From NCBI GenBank assembly GCA_963842525.1, contig CAWJGT010000032.1, positions 1 through 64,000 on the forward strand: DNA of 64,000 nt, given 5' to 3'. Shown here piece after piece: positions 20,908 to 31,350 of the stretch. Under the pieces are notes generated by a model. It did not search any database and was not told the origin of the DNA. It saw only the letters and a list, made by a program, of their open reading frames with translations. The DNA comes from an uncultured Holophagales bacterium (GTDB taxonomy: Bacteria > Acidobacteriota > Thermoanaerobaculia > Multivoradales > UBA5704). Every line of letters starts with the position of its first letter. Position 1 is the stretch's first letter. A program made the translations under genes and the position numbers.

Positions 20908-21368
20908 GCCTCTTTGTCAGGAGGGAGAAGGGGTGTGAGCACGTCCATGAAGGCGCCGACGTCCTCGAAGCGGCGATAGACCGAGGCGAAGCGGACATAG
21001 GCCACCGAGTCGAGCTCCTTGAGCCCTTCCATCACGAAGGCACCGATCTCCTGGGTCGAAATCTCGCGGTCCTCGCGCTCGTGGAGCATGCCCTCGGCCT
21101 CGTCGACGATCGACTCCAGCCGCTTCAGCGGCACGGGCCGCTTCTCGCAAGCTTTAAGCATACCGCCAAGGAGCTTCTTGCGGCTGAACTCCTCGCGCGT
21201 GCCGTCGTGCTTGACGACCATGTAGGGGATGTCCTCGATCTGCTCGTAGGACGTGAACCTGCGGCTGCAGGCCAGGCATTCACGACGGCGGCGGATGGTG
21301 GCGCCGTCGCGGCTCTCCCGCGAATCCACCACCCGGTCGCGTCTTTCGGAGCAGAACGGGCATCTCAT
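20904..21368 (-). CDS. nrdR: Transcriptional repressor NrdR
   Basis: MRCPFC..VVDSR..IRRRRECLAC, ATP cone, VAYVRFASVYRRF. Confidence 0.96.
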   Translation of the reverse strand: MRCPFCSERRDRVVDSRESRDGATIRRRRECLACSRRFTSYEQIEDIPYMVVKHDGTREEFSRKKLLGGMLKACEKRPVPLKRLESIVDEAEGMLHEREDREISTQEIGAFVMEGLKELDSVAYVRFASVYRRFEDVGAFMDVLTPLLPPDKEA

Positions 21369-21425
21369 GTCGGTCGGATTCCAGAGCCGGCGCCGCGGCC
21401 GCGGCGGGTCCAGGGGGGCCTCCGG

Positions 21426-22581
21426 CTACTCTTTGGCATTCAGGGCGATGTTGAGGCGCAGGAGCAGCTTTTCGAGGTGCGAGGCGTCCTTGATGTTCGA
21501 ACTGCAGGTCGCGGACCGCCTCGACGACCTGGTGCTGCTCGTCCTCCACCTGGAAGCTCAGGAGGACGCGGCGGGCGCGCTGGAAATCCGCGCGCTTCAA
21601 GGTCATCTCGATGTTGCGCGACAGCTCGCCCCGGCCGTTCGTGGCCGCCTTGGCCGAGGCCACCGCTGCTCCGGACGCCGACGCCGGCGTCTGCATCGCC
21701 TGCCGGCGCAGCTTCTCGAGCTCGCCCAGGACGTCGACCGAGCCCTTTCGGACGGCCGGCTGCGGCCGGGCCGAGGGCGGCGGCGGCGGCGGTGCTGCCG
21801 CAGCGGGCCGGGGAGCCGTGGGAGCCGGCGCGGTCTGGGCCGCCGGGGGAGCCGGGGCCGCCGAGGCGGCCGGCTGCACCTGCGGATGGGCCTCCGAAAC
21901 CGGGTGCGGCGGAGGCGGCGCGGCCACCGAAGCCGGCCGGGGCAGGGGCGGCGGCGCGGGACGAGGCGGCGTCGTGGTCGTCTCCGAGCTCCGGCCGAGC
22001 CGCTTCTTCAGGGCGAGCAGGGTCACCTTCGAGATCTCCTTGAGCGTCTCGAAGACGCCCATCCCGGTGACGGCCGAGGCCTCGACCCAGGACCAGTTGC
22101 CACGGTTCATGGCCTGGTTCATCTCGTCCACCGTGCAGATGTCGGGCAGGTCGCGCTTGTTGTACTGCAGCACGAGCGGCAGGGTGTCGGCCGACAGCCC
22201 CATCTCGGCGAGGTTCTCCTCCAGGTTGCGCAGGGAGTCGAGGTTGGCCTGGAGCATGGGCCGCTGCGAATCGGCCACGAAGACCACGCCGTCGACGCCC
22301 TTGAGCACCAGCTTCCGGGTGGTGTTGTAGAAGACCTGGCCGGGCACCGTGTAGAGCTGGATGCGGGTGTTGAAGCCGGCGATCGTGCCGACGTCGATGG
22401 GGAGGAGATCGAAGAACAGGGTGCGGTCGGTCTCGGTCTCCAGCGACACCATCTCGCCCCGCGACTCCGTGGTGGTGTGGCCGTAGATATAGTGGAGATT
22501 CGTCGTCTTGCCGCACAGACCGGGTCCGTAATAGACCACTTTGGCGGCCATCTGCATCGTGCTGTAGTTGAAGAAGACCAT
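21426..22581 (-). CDS. MglA-like small GTPase with Pro/Ala-rich linker and C-terminal domain (one frameshift near 21495)
   Basis: KVVYYGPGLCGKTTNL, TLFFDLLP, TVPGQ and NKRDLP motifs. Shifting frame at ...DLQFE gives IKDASHLEKLLLRLNIALNAKE-stop at 21426, which removes the overlap with nrdR. Confidence 0.8.
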
Positions 22582-22671
22582 GGTTTTGTGCAACCCGGGA
22601 CGGGGCCTGGAGCATAGCACCCGCCCCGGAGGGGGTCAATCGGAGCCCTGCCTCAACCTCCCTCAACTCCC

Positions 22672-23676
22672 TCAAGGCACCGCTTCGAACGCCAGGATGC
22701 GGCCGGTCGGGGTCCTGGTGATCTCCCGCAGCATGGCGCGCGCCCGCTCGGGGGTCAGCGTCCCTGCCTGGGAGAGGCGCCGGAGGAGCTTGGCGACCCC
22801 GAGCGCCTCGCGGTCGCTCCGCGCCTCCAGCACTGGGACGGCCTGCTCCGCGGCTTCGTGGGCTCCGGCCAGGTCTCCGAGGACGGTGCGGAGCACCGCG
22901 AGCTCCACCGATGCCAGCGCGGCCTCGACCGTCCGGTCCGCGGCGTTCAGACCGCCCTGGACCTCGGCGAGGATCTCCGCTGCCTTGGCCGTCCGGCCGA
23001 GGGCATCCGCCAGCCGCCCCTCCATCCAGCGCAGCCGGAGCCGGAGAGGCTCGTCGGTCCCCGCGGCCAGCCGCTTCATCCTGGCGAGGCCCTTTTCGGC
23101 TTCGGCGGCACGTTCCGCCGCGCAGAGGGCGGCCGCCTGCTGGAGCCCGACGGCGATGCGGTCCTTCGGCTCGCCGTGCTCGTCCATCCTCCGGACGGCT
23201 TCGTGGAGCGCTGCCAGCGCCGCGGCGCCGTCTCCCCATTCGGACAGCAGGGCGGCCTTCTGGGCGAGGATCCAGGGCTTGTCCCGTCCATGGGCGATCC
23301 GTTCCGCGAATTCCAGTCTCTCGAGGGCCATCCGCGGATGCCCCTGGTCCCGCCTCTCCGCCGCTTCGAGGCGGTAGCGTCGCATGCTGTCGCCGAGGTC
23401 CAGATCCAGGCTGTCCAGGTCCAGCTCCGGCCGCGGCTCGCTCGCGATGGCGGGAGCCGGGCTGGTTCCGCCGAGCCCCTCCGTCACCGCGGCAGGCACG
23501 CCGAGCTCGCGGGCGACCCGCTGGACGAGCTCGGGAGCCGGAACGCGCTCGCCCCGCTCATACGCCGAGATGTCCTCCACGGTCGCTCCTGTGACCTCGG
23601 CCATCTTTTCCAGGCTCCATCCGGCCACCTCGCGCAGGCTGCGGAACAGCTCGCCGCGTTCCTGATCTCTCATCAT
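22672..23676 (-). CDS. XRE-family HTH regulator with TPR-like C-terminal domain
   Basis: LREVAGWSLEKMAEVTG..ISAYERGERVP (XRE HTH) and LRWMEGRLA..AALASVELA (TPR-like). Confidence 0.8.
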   Translation of the reverse strand: MMRDQERGELFRSLREVAGWSLEKMAEVTGATVEDISAYERGERVPAPELVQRVARELGVPAAVTEGLGGTSPAPAIASEPRPELDLDSLDLDLGDSMRRYRLEAAERRDQGHPRMALERLEFAERIAHGRDKPWILAQKAALLSEWGDGAAALAALHEAVRRMDEHGEPKDRIAVGLQQAAALCAAERAAEAEKGLARMKRLAAGTDEPLRLRLRWMEGRLADALGRTAKAAEILAEVQGGLNAADRTVEAALASVELAVLRTVLGDLAGAHEAAEQAVPVLEARSDREALGVAKLLRRLSQAGTLTPERARAMLREITRTPTGRILAFEAVP

Positions 23677-23735
23677 GGGATTTCCTCCATGGCCTCGGCG
23701 AGGAAGGATACTCTTTTCCATGCCGCGGTGGGGCT

Positions 23736-24608
23736 TCACGCCGGTGGATCCAGCTCCGCCAGCAGCTCCCGATGCCCGGGTTCGAGCGGGACGGCCCTTT
23801 CCCTCTGCCGGAGGGTCTCCCGGGCCAGGTCCCGGACCAGGCCGGTCTTTTCCGGCGCGAGCTCCGCGAGCGCTGCGAGCTGGCGCGCCACGGTGGCGCG
23901 ATCACCCCGGGCGGCCGGGCCGGTGAGGGACGCTCCGAGGGGGTCTCCCGCGGCATGGGCGTCCAGGGCGGCGGCGAGGGCGCCGCGGCACAGCTCGAGA
24001 TAGCCGCGCGTCACCTCGCCCGGCAGGCCGAGCCGTTGCGCGATCTCCTCGGCCGCGGCCAGCAGGGTGACGACACCCCCGGCGGCCAGGCTCGCCGCCA
24101 GATGATAGAGCGGGCGTGCCGCGGCCGGTACCTCGGCCGCCACTCCTCCCCAGGCCCGGACGATACGGCAGGCCAGCTCCTGCGCCGCCGGGTCGCCGTC
24201 CACCGCGAAGAAGACGCCCCGCGCCTGCTCCGGGTCCGGCAGGGGGTGCGGGAAGGCCTTCAGGGGGTGGAGCGAGCCCACGGCCACGCCGGCCTCCCGC
24301 AACGGCGCCAGGACCGCGGCGTCGAGGCTGCCGGACGTGTGGAGAGCCACCGCCGCTTGCGGCCGGCGGGCCAGGGTTGCGGCAACCCCGGGGAGCGCCG
24401 CGTCCGCGACCGCGACGAGGAGCAGGTCCTGGCCGGCCGTGGCCAGCCCGTCGAGCCCGGCGCGCCCCGCCGCGGCCACCTGCCGGGCCCCCGCCGCCGC
24501 CAGCCAGCCGGCCAAGCTCGACCCCACCCGGCCCGGACCGGCCAGGGAGAAGGAGAGGCCGCTCAATGCGGAGGAGGAGTCGTCATCCACGGGCGCTGAC
24601 GATAACAC
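23736..24608 (-). CDS. Rossmann-like + DUF2520 oxidoreductase (PanG-like); start uncertain
   Basis: GPGRVG, HTSGS, SLHPL and YHLAA..A motifs, LTGPAARGD. Confidence 0.85.
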   Translation of the reverse strand: MLSSAPVDDDSSSALSGLSFSLAGPGRVGSSLAGWLAAAGARQVAAAGRAGLDGLATAGQDLLLVAVADAALPGVAATLARRPQAAVALHTSGSLDAAVLAPLREAGVAVGSLHPLKAFPHPLPDPEQARGVFFAVDGDPAAQELACRIVRAWGGVAAEVPAAARPLYHLAASLAAGGVVTLLAAAEEIAQRLGLPGEVTRGYLELCRGALAAALDAHAAGDPLGASLTGPAARGDRATVARQLAALAELAPEKTGLVRDLARETLRQRERAVPLEPGHRELLAELDPPA

Positions 24609-24649
24609 GATAAGTCCCTTTCTGTTCAGTCATTTGGGAAATGCCGATC

Positions 24650-24678
24650 TTGACAGGCGCGGGCTTCCCGGGTACCAT
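24650..24678 (+). promoter_or_regulatory. Sigma-70 promoter of the hrcA-dnaK operon
   Basis: TTGACA-N17-TACCAT immediately upstream of CIRCE. Confidence 0.85.
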
Positions 24679-24681
24679 GCG

Positions 24682-24708
24682 TTAGCACTCGGAGCCGGAG
24701 AGTGCTAA
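24682..24708. promoter_or_regulatory. CIRCE operator (HrcA binding site)
   Basis: Perfect TTAGCACTC-N9-GAGTGCTAA. Confidence 0.97.
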
Positions 24709-24748
24709 TCGAACCCGGAGCTCGTCGCGACGGAGCGAAAGGAAGACC

Positions 24749-25822
24749 GTGGTCATGCCCGAGGCACGAGACCCCAAGAAGCTGAGCGCCAGGGACCTGG
24801 AGATCCTGCGGGATGTCATCCTGACCTATGTCCTGAGCGCGGAGCCGGTCAGCTCGCGCTCGGTTTCGAAACACGGCCGGCTCGGCCTTTCCGCGGCGAC
24901 TGTCCGCAACGTCATGGCGGACCTCGAGGAGTGGGGCTATCTGATGCAGCCCCATACCTCGGCGGGGCGGGTGCCCACGCCGACGGCCTATCACCTGTTC
25001 ATCGATTCGATGATGCAGACGCGCAAGCTCCCGGCCCGCGAGCGCCGCTACATCGAGGAGAACCTGCGCGGCGGCGACGCCGACCAGCTCATGGGCACGG
25101 CGTCCCACCTTCTGTCGGAGCTCTCCCGGCAGGTCGGGATCGTGGTCGCTCCGGCGGTGGGCGACACGGTGCTCAAGGCCGTGGACTTCGTCCCCCTGTC
25201 CGGGCGCAGGGTCCTTTGCGTGGTGGTCTCGGCGGCCGGCTTCGTGGACAACAAGGTGATCGAGACCGAGGAGGAGATCCCCCGCGAGGAGCTGGTGCGG
25301 ATCTCCAACTATCTGACCGAGAGCTTTGCCGGCCAGACGCTGCGCGAGATCCGCGACCGCCTGCTCAAGAGGATGGCCGAGGAGCGGGCGCAGGTGGACC
25401 GCATGCTGGCGCTCGCCATCGAGCTGGCGCGCCAGGGGCTCGACCTCCCCGGCGGCCCCGAGGTGCTGGTCGACGGCGCCCCGTCGCTCCTCACCCAGCC
25501 CGAGCTGGCCGACATCCAGCGGGTGCGCCGGATGTTCGAGGCGTTCGCCGACAAGGCCCGCCTGGTGCGGCTGCTCAACCGCTGCCTCCAGGGGAGCGGC
25601 GTCCGCGTGCTGATCGGCGAGGACAGCGAGCTCACCTCGGAGCTCGACTTCAGTCTGGTTGCCACCCCGTACGGCGTGGGGGAGCAGCCGCTCGGCACGC
25701 TGGGGATCATCGGTCCCTCGCGGATGGAGTATGAGAGAGTGATCCCCCTTGTCCATTTCCTCGGGGAGACGCTGAGCCGGGCCCTGAGTGAGAGCTTCTC
25801 CGGCGGATCTGAGCGAAAATAG
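24749..25822 (+). CDS. hrcA: Heat-inducible transcription repressor
   Basis: EPVSSR, SAATVRNVMADLEE, PHTSAGRVPT and GIIGPSRMEY motifs; CIRCE upstream. Confidence 0.96.
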   Translation: MVMPEARDPKKLSARDLEILRDVILTYVLSAEPVSSRSVSKHGRLGLSAATVRNVMADLEEWGYLMQPHTSAGRVPTPTAYHLFIDSMMQTRKLPARERRYIEENLRGGDADQLMGTASHLLSELSRQVGIVVAPAVGDTVLKAVDFVPLSGRRVLCVVVSAAGFVDNKVIETEEEIPREELVRISNYLTESFAGQTLREIRDRLLKRMAEERAQVDRMLALAIELARQGLDLPGGPEVLVDGAPSLLTQPELADIQRVRRMFEAFADKARLVRLLNRCLQGSGVRVLIGEDSELTSELDFSLVATPYGVGEQPLGTLGIIGPSRMEYERVIPLVHFLGETLSRALSESFSGGSERK

Positions 25823-25844
25823 CAGGCAGGAGGCTGGGAGATAG

Positions 25845-26498
25845 ATGGCAAACGAGACAGAGCAGAGCAACGACAGCCCGGAGGTTTCCCTGGATCTGGA
25901 CGCCCAGACGGAGGATCTGGAGAGCGCCATGCGCGAGGCGGTGGCGGCCGTGGAGGAGGTGGAGAAGGGAGCCGGTACGGACCCGGATGCAGCCTCCGAC
26001 GCGGCGGACAGAGCGGACGAGGAGGAGGTCGCCAGGCTGCGGCGGGAGATCGCCGACCTGCGCGACCGCTCGATGCGCACGCTGGCCGATTTCGACAACT
26101 ACCGCAAGCGCAGCGAGCGCGAGCGCCAGGAGACCCGGAAGTACGCCCTGGCCGAGCCGCTGCGCGAGTTCCTCGAGATCGTGGACAACCTGGGCCTGGC
26201 CCTCGCGGCGGCCGGCTCGGCCGACGACCTGAAGAGCGGAGTGCAGATGATCCACCGCCAGATGCTGGACCTGCTGCGCCGCCACGGAGTCCAGGAGATC
26301 GAGGCGCTCGGCCAGCCGTTCAACCCGTCGCTGCACGACGCGGTGACGCGCGAGGAGGATCCCACGGTCAAGGAGCCGACGGTCACCGGCGAGATGCGCC
26401 GCGGCTTTCGCCTTCATGACCGCCTGCTGCGGCCGTCCATGGTCAAGGTGTCGGTGCCGGCGGAGGCGCCCAAGCCGGCCGGAGGCGGGGAGGCGTAG
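25845..26498 (+). CDS. grpE: Nucleotide exchange factor GrpE
   Basis: ADFDNYRKR, FNPSLHDAV and RLLRPSMVKV motifs. Confidence 0.95.
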   Translation: MANETEQSNDSPEVSLDLDAQTEDLESAMREAVAAVEEVEKGAGTDPDAASDAADRADEEEVARLRREIADLRDRSMRTLADFDNYRKRSERERQETRKYALAEPLREFLEIVDNLGLALAAAGSADDLKSGVQMIHRQMLDLLRRHGVQEIEALGQPFNPSLHDAVTREEDPTVKEPTVTGEMRRGFRLHDRLLRPSMVKVSVPAEAPKPAGGGEA

Positions 26499-26501
26499 AA
26501 G

Positions 26502-26702
26502 ACCTCACCCCCTGTCCCCCTCTCCCATCTCCCTTCCACCCCCCGCCGGGAGAGGGGGGACGTAGCTGGAGCCGTTTTCGCGAGTCCACTGCGGCGCGTT
26601 GCGAGGCAGAAGCTGCGACCTTGTCCCCGAGGCCTGAGCTGCGTCCCCCCTCTCCCGGGGATGGGAGGACGGGAGATGGGAGAGGGGGACAGGGGGTGAG
26701 GT
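26502..26702. repeat. Inverted pair of REP-like elements (BIME-like long hairpin)
   Basis: 32-bp perfect inverted repeat (26502-26533 vs 26671-26702) plus inner arms CCGGGAGAGGGGGGACG/CGTCCCCCCTCTCCCGG. Confidence 0.85.
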
Positions 26703-26750
26703 TACAATAGGCGCGTTCGTCTCGGATTCAGGCAACGGTGAGGACTCGGC

Positions 26751-28571
26751 GTGAGCAAGATTCTCGGCATCGACCTCGGCACGACCAACAGTTGCGCCGC
26801 CATCGTGGAGGCCCTGGAGCCCCGCGTCCTGGCCAACCGCGAGGGGAGCCGGACCACCCCGTCCATCGTCGCCTTCGCCGAGGAGGGGGACCGCCTGGTC
26901 GGCCAGATCGCCAAGCGCCAGGCGATCACCAACCCCCAGAACACCGTCCATGCCGTCAAGCGGTTGATCGGGCGGAAGTTCCGCGACCCGCAGGTGGCCA
27001 AGGCCCGGGAGGTCCTGCCCTACACCCTGGTCGAGTCCCCCAACGGCGACATCAAGCTCGAGATCCGCGACCGGCAGTACAGCCCGGAGGAGATCTCGGC
27101 CCTGATCCTGCGCGAGGTGAAGGACTTCGTGGAGGAGTTGCTGGGCGAGCCGATCCAGGAGGCGGTCATCACGGTGCCCGCCTACTTCGACGATTCCCAG
27201 CGCCAGGCCACCAAGGACGCCGGCAAGATCGCCGGCCTCGAGGTGCTGCGCATCATCAACGAGCCGACCGCCGCGGCGCTCGCCTATGGCCTGGACCGCA
27301 GCGAAACGGCCAAGACCATCGCCGTCTACGACCTGGGAGGCGGCACCTTCGACATCTCGGTCCTCCAGCTCTCGCAGGGGATCTTCGAGGTCCGCTCCAC
27401 CTCCGGCGACACCTACCTGGGAGGAGAGGACTTCGACCAGCGGATCATGGACTGGCTGATCCGGGAGTTCCAGACCGAGACGGGCATCGACCTGCGCGGC
27501 GACCGCATGGCCCTCCAGCGTCTCAAGGAGGCGGCCGAGCGCGCCAAGTGCGAGCTGTCGGCGGTCGACGAGTCGGCGATCAACCTTCCCTTCATCTCGG
27601 CCGACCGCACCGGGCCGCGGCACCTTGCCCGCAACCTGACCCGTGCCCACTTCGAGAGCCTCGTGCTCGAGCTCGTGGAACGCACCGAGGGACCCTGCCG
27701 CGACGCGCTGCGGCAGGCGGGCCTGCGCGCCGACCAGATCGACGAGGTGCTCCTGGTCGGCGGGCAGACGCGGACTCCCATGGTCGGGCAGACCGTCGAG
27801 AAGATCTTCGGCCGCAAGCCGAACCGGGACATCAATCCGGACGAGGTGGTGGCCATGGGCGCCGCCGTCCAGGGCGGCATCGTGAAAGGTGACATCAAGG
27901 ACCTGGTGCTCCTCGACGTCACCCCGCTCTCCCTCGGTGTCGAGACCCAGGGCGGCCTCTTCACCCGGCTGATCGACCGCAACTCGACGATCCCCACCCG
28001 ATCGACGCAGGTCTTCACCACCGTGGTGGACAACCAGGACATCGTCGAGGTCCACGTCGTCCAGGGCGAACGGCAGATCGCGGCCGAGAACAAGTCGCTG
28101 GGGCGCTTCGAGCTGGTGGGAATCCCGCCGGCGCCGCGCGGTGTTCCGCAGATCGAGGTCTCCTTCGCGATCGATTCGAACGGCATCGTCAACGTCTCGG
28201 CGCGCGACATGGCGACCAACCTGTCGCAGAGCATCCAGATCACCCCGGCCGGCGGCCTGTCGGAAGACGAGGTCCAGCGGCTGGTCGACGAGGCGAGCAA
28301 GCAGTCCCAGAGCGACCTCCAGAAGCGCGACGTCCAGCAGCTCAAGAACCGGCTCGAAGGGCTGATCTACAGCAACGAGCGCGTCTTCGAGCAGTTCCGC
28401 GACATGCTGCAGGAGGCCGATTCGAAGAAGATCCACGAGGCGCTGCTCAAGGCGCGGGTCTCGCTCAACGAGAACAAGCGGGCCGATCTGGAGGCGGCGA
28501 TCTTCGATCTCAACGAGGTGTCCCGCACGCTTTCGGACGTGATGCTGACCAAGACGAGCCCGCAGAAGTAG
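26751..28571 (+). CDS. dnaK: Chaperone DnaK
   Basis: [23 protein letters not shown] and GVPQIEV motifs. Confidence 0.97.
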   Translation: MSKILGIDLGTTNSCAAIVEALEPRVLANREGSRTTPSIVAFAEEGDRLVGQIAKRQAITNPQNTVHAVKRLIGRKFRDPQVAKAREVLPYTLVESPNGDIKLEIRDRQYSPEEISALILREVKDFVEELLGEPIQEAVITVPAYFDDSQRQATKDAGKIAGLEVLRIINEPTAAALAYGLDRSETAKTIAVYDLGGGTFDISVLQLSQGIFEVRSTSGDTYLGGEDFDQRIMDWLIREFQTETGIDLRGDRMALQRLKEAAERAKCELSAVDESAINLPFISADRTGPRHLARNLTRAHFESLVLELVERTEGPCRDALRQAGLRADQIDEVLLVGGQTRTPMVGQTVEKIFGRKPNRDINPDEVVAMGAAVQGGIVKGDIKDLVLLDVTPLSLGVETQGGLFTRLIDRNSTIPTRSTQVFTTVVDNQDIVEVHVVQGERQIAAENKSLGRFELVGIPPAPRGVPQIEVSFAIDSNGIVNVSARDMATNLSQSIQITPAGGLSEDEVQRLVDEASKQSQSDLQKRDVQQLKNRLEGLIYSNERVFEQFRDMLQEADSKKIHEALLKARVSLNENKRADLEAAIFDLNEVSRTLSDVMLTKTSPQK

Positions 28572-28606
28572 TCCTGAAAAAAGCGCCTGAGAAATGAGAA
28601 GGAAGA

Positions 28607-29716
28607 ATGGCCAAGCGTGACTATTACGAGGTTCTGAGCGTCGGCAAGACCGCCGGCCAGCCGGAGATCAAGTCGGCCTACCGCAAGCTGGCCCAGAAGT
28701 ACCATCCGGACCGCAATCCGGGGGACAAGGAGGCCGAGGAGAATTTCAAGGAGGCGGCCGAGGCCTATGCGGTGCTCTCGGATGCCGACAAGCGGGCGCG
28801 TTACGACCGCTTCGGCCACCAGGGAGTGAGCGGCGTCGGCGCCGGCGGCTTCGATCCGTCGATCTTCGCCGACTTCTCGGACATCCTGGGCGACTTCTTC
28901 GGCCTCGGCGGCGGCGGCCGGCGGGGCCCCACGGGCATGACCCGCGGCGCCGACCTGCGCTACGACCTCACGCTGTCGTTCGAAGAGGCGGCTTTCGGCA
29001 CGGAGACGGCGCTGCGCATCCCGCGGCTGGAGAGCTGCTCGCGATGCAGCGGCACCGGCAGCGCCGGGGGCTCGGCCCCGTCGACCTGCTCCGCCTGCGG
29101 CGGGCGCGGCCAGGTGCGCTTCACACAGGGCTTCTTCACCGTGGCCCGCACCTGCCCGCAGTGCCGCGGCGAGGGGCGGGTGGTCACCGATCCCTGCCCG
29201 GAGTGCCGCGGCGAGGGCCGGGTCGAGCGCGAGCGGACGATCTCGGTCAAGATCCCCGCCGGCGTGGATACCGGGGCGCGGCTGCGCCTCACCGGCGAGG
29301 GCGAGCACGGGCGCCAGGGCGGCCCGGCGGGCGACCTCTACGTCGTCCTGCAGGTCCGGCCGCACGCGCGCTTCCGGCGCGACGGCTCGACGGTGCTTTC
29401 GCGCGTCTCGATCAGCTATCCGCAGGCGGTGCTCGGAGCGAGCATCGAGGTCGAGACGCTGCACGGCAAATCGCCGCTCGAGATCCCGGCCGGCACCCCG
29501 TACGGCCGCGACTTCCGCCTGCGCGCCCAGGGGATCGCCCGCCTGGACGGCAGCGGGCGCGGCGACCACGTCGTGACGGTCCAGGTCGAGGTTCCCAACC
29601 CGCGCAACCTCTCGGAGGAGGAGGTCCAGCTCCTGCGCCGCCTCGCCGACCTCGGCGGCCAGCCCGTCAAGGAAGAGCGGCGGGTCTTGGACAAGGTGAA
29701 GAACCTGTTCGGGTAG
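28607..29716 (+). CDS. dnaJ: Chaperone DnaJ
   Basis: HPD J-domain and four CxxCxGxG repeats. Confidence 0.97.
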   Translation: MAKRDYYEVLSVGKTAGQPEIKSAYRKLAQKYHPDRNPGDKEAEENFKEAAEAYAVLSDADKRARYDRFGHQGVSGVGAGGFDPSIFADFSDILGDFFGLGGGGRRGPTGMTRGADLRYDLTLSFEEAAFGTETALRIPRLESCSRCSGTGSAGGSAPSTCSACGGRGQVRFTQGFFTVARTCPQCRGEGRVVTDPCPECRGEGRVERERTISVKIPAGVDTGARLRLTGEGEHGRQGGPAGDLYVVLQVRPHARFRRDGSTVLSRVSISYPQAVLGASIEVETLHGKSPLEIPAGTPYGRDFRLRAQGIARLDGSGRGDHVVTVQVEVPNPRNLSEEEVQLLRRLADLGGQPVKEERRVLDKVKNLFG

Positions 29717-29758
29717 ACCCTCACCCCCGGCCCCTCTCCCGCCGAGCGGGAGAGGGAG
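29717..29758. repeat. Single REP-like palindrome of the same family as 26502-26702
   Basis: ACCCTCACCCCCGGCCCCTCTCCCGCCGAGCGGGAGAGGG directly after the dnaJ stop. Confidence 0.7.
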
Positions 29759-29764
29759 AAGCTC

Positions 29765-30615
29765 ATGCCCTACCTCCGCCGCGTCTATCTCGTCCCTCCC
29801 CACCTCGAAGACTTCTTCGTCGCCGACCTCTGGGAGGCGGGGACGCTCGGGGTGATGTCGAACGCTGCGCCGGACGGCCGGCTGCGCCTGGAGGCCTGGT
29901 TCGCGGCGGAGGCTCCGCCCTGGGACAGAGACGACTGGCCGGCGCAGGGAGTTGATTTCGCGGCCGAGGAGCTGGTCGCGGAGACGGACTGGCTGGCGGC
30001 CTGGCGAGAGCAGGCCCAGCCGTTTCCCGTCGGGCGCACCCTCTTCGTCGACCCCCGCGAGCCGGATGAGGGGCCGGGGGAGGTCCCCGAAGGACGGAAG
30101 CTGCTGCGTCTGCCGGCGCGGGCGGCCTTCGGCACGGGAAGCCATGAATCGACGAGCCTGGCAGTCGAGCTGCTCGAGGACCTCGACCTCGCCGGCCGGC
30201 AGCGTGCTCGACGTGGGAACCGGGACCGGCATTCTCTCCTTCGTAGCCCTGCTGGGCGGCGCGCGCCTGGCCGCCGGCTTCGACCTCGATCCGGCCGCGC
30301 CATTCCATGCGCGCGACAACAGCCGCCTGAACGGCCTCCGGCCGCTCTTCTTCGCCGGCCGGGTCGCGGCGGTGCGCGACGCGCCGTTCTTCGACCTGGC
30401 GTTGGTCAACGTCGTGCCGGAGCAGATCCTTCCGGAGATGCCCGCCATCGCCCGCCGGCTGCGGCCGGGAGGCGCGGCGATCCTCTCCGGGATTCTGGCC
30501 GAGCGCGGCCGGCAGGTTCTGGACCGCCTGCGCGGTCTCGGGTTTCTCCGAAGCTGGCCGCCGCGAAGCCGGCGACTGGGTGGCCTTTCGCATGGTCCTG
30601 GGAGACGGGGAGTGA
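29765..30615 (+). CDS. prmA: Ribosomal protein L11 methyltransferase (two apparent frameshifts, near 30200 and 30541)
   Basis: DWLAAWR and AFGTGSHEST in the first frame, VLDVGTGTGILS and ILSGIL in the second, ..GDWVAFRMVLGDGE-stop in the third. Follows dnaJ. Confidence 0.85.
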
Positions 30616-31325
30616 GCCAGGTCACGCTGCTCGCCGATCCCGGGAGCTTCGACGCGAAGGCGAGGTCCGGGTCGAGGGGGAGCCCTACCGGCACCTCTTC
30701 CGGGCGCGAAGGCTCGCGGTGGGCGACCGCGTCCGGGTCGTCGACGGCCGGGGACAGGCGCGCTGGGCCGCGGTGGCCCGGATCGACCGCTCGGCGGCGG
30801 TGATGGTGCTGGGTGAGCCGGCTCCGGGCAACGAGCCGGAGCTGCGGCTCGAGCTGCTGGTGCCGACCTGCCGTCCCGAGCGGGCGTCCTGGCTCGTCGA
30901 GAAGGCCACGGAGCTCGGGGTCGCATCCATCCGCTTCCTCCACACCGAGCGCGCACCGCGCCAGCTCGGGGACAGCACCGTCGCCCGTCTGCAACGAGTG
31001 GCCGCCGCAGCCCTGGAGCAGTGCCATGGCTCCCGACTGCCGGAGATCACCGGGCCGCACGAATGGAGCGAGCTTGCCACGCTGACAGGCGGTGTCGGCG
31101 AGCGCTGGGTCCTGGACACGGAAGCCGAGACCGCCGGCGGAGGCTTCGTCGGCAGCCATGGAGGCTCTCCTCATCGGCCCGGAGGGAGGATGGTCGCCGG
31201 GCGAGCGCCGGCATCTCGTAGATACGGCATGGAGGCTGGTCGGTCTCGGGCCGCGGGTCCTGCGCTTGGAGACCGCGGCCATCGTCGGAGCGGCAATCCT
31301 CCTCCATCATCAAGGCAACGCTTGA
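30612..31325 (+). CDS. rsmE: 16S rRNA m3U1498 methyltransferase (apparent frameshifts near 30655 and 31160)
   Basis: HLFRARRLAVGDRVRVVDG and LVEKATELGV, then in another frame LLIGPEGGWS..LGPRVLRLETAA. Confidence 0.85.
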
Positions 31326-31350
31326 CTTGCGCCCCTTCCCTTTCTAGGAT
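31322..31350 (+). promoter_or_regulatory. Putative sigma-70 promoter
   Basis: TTGACT-N17-TAGGAT about 100 bp upstream of the R-M gene. Confidence 0.45.

Noticed and set aside
21280-21425. GTPase C-terminus overlapping nrdR
   Set aside because: Explained by a single-base frameshift near 21495. The corrected frame stops at 21426.
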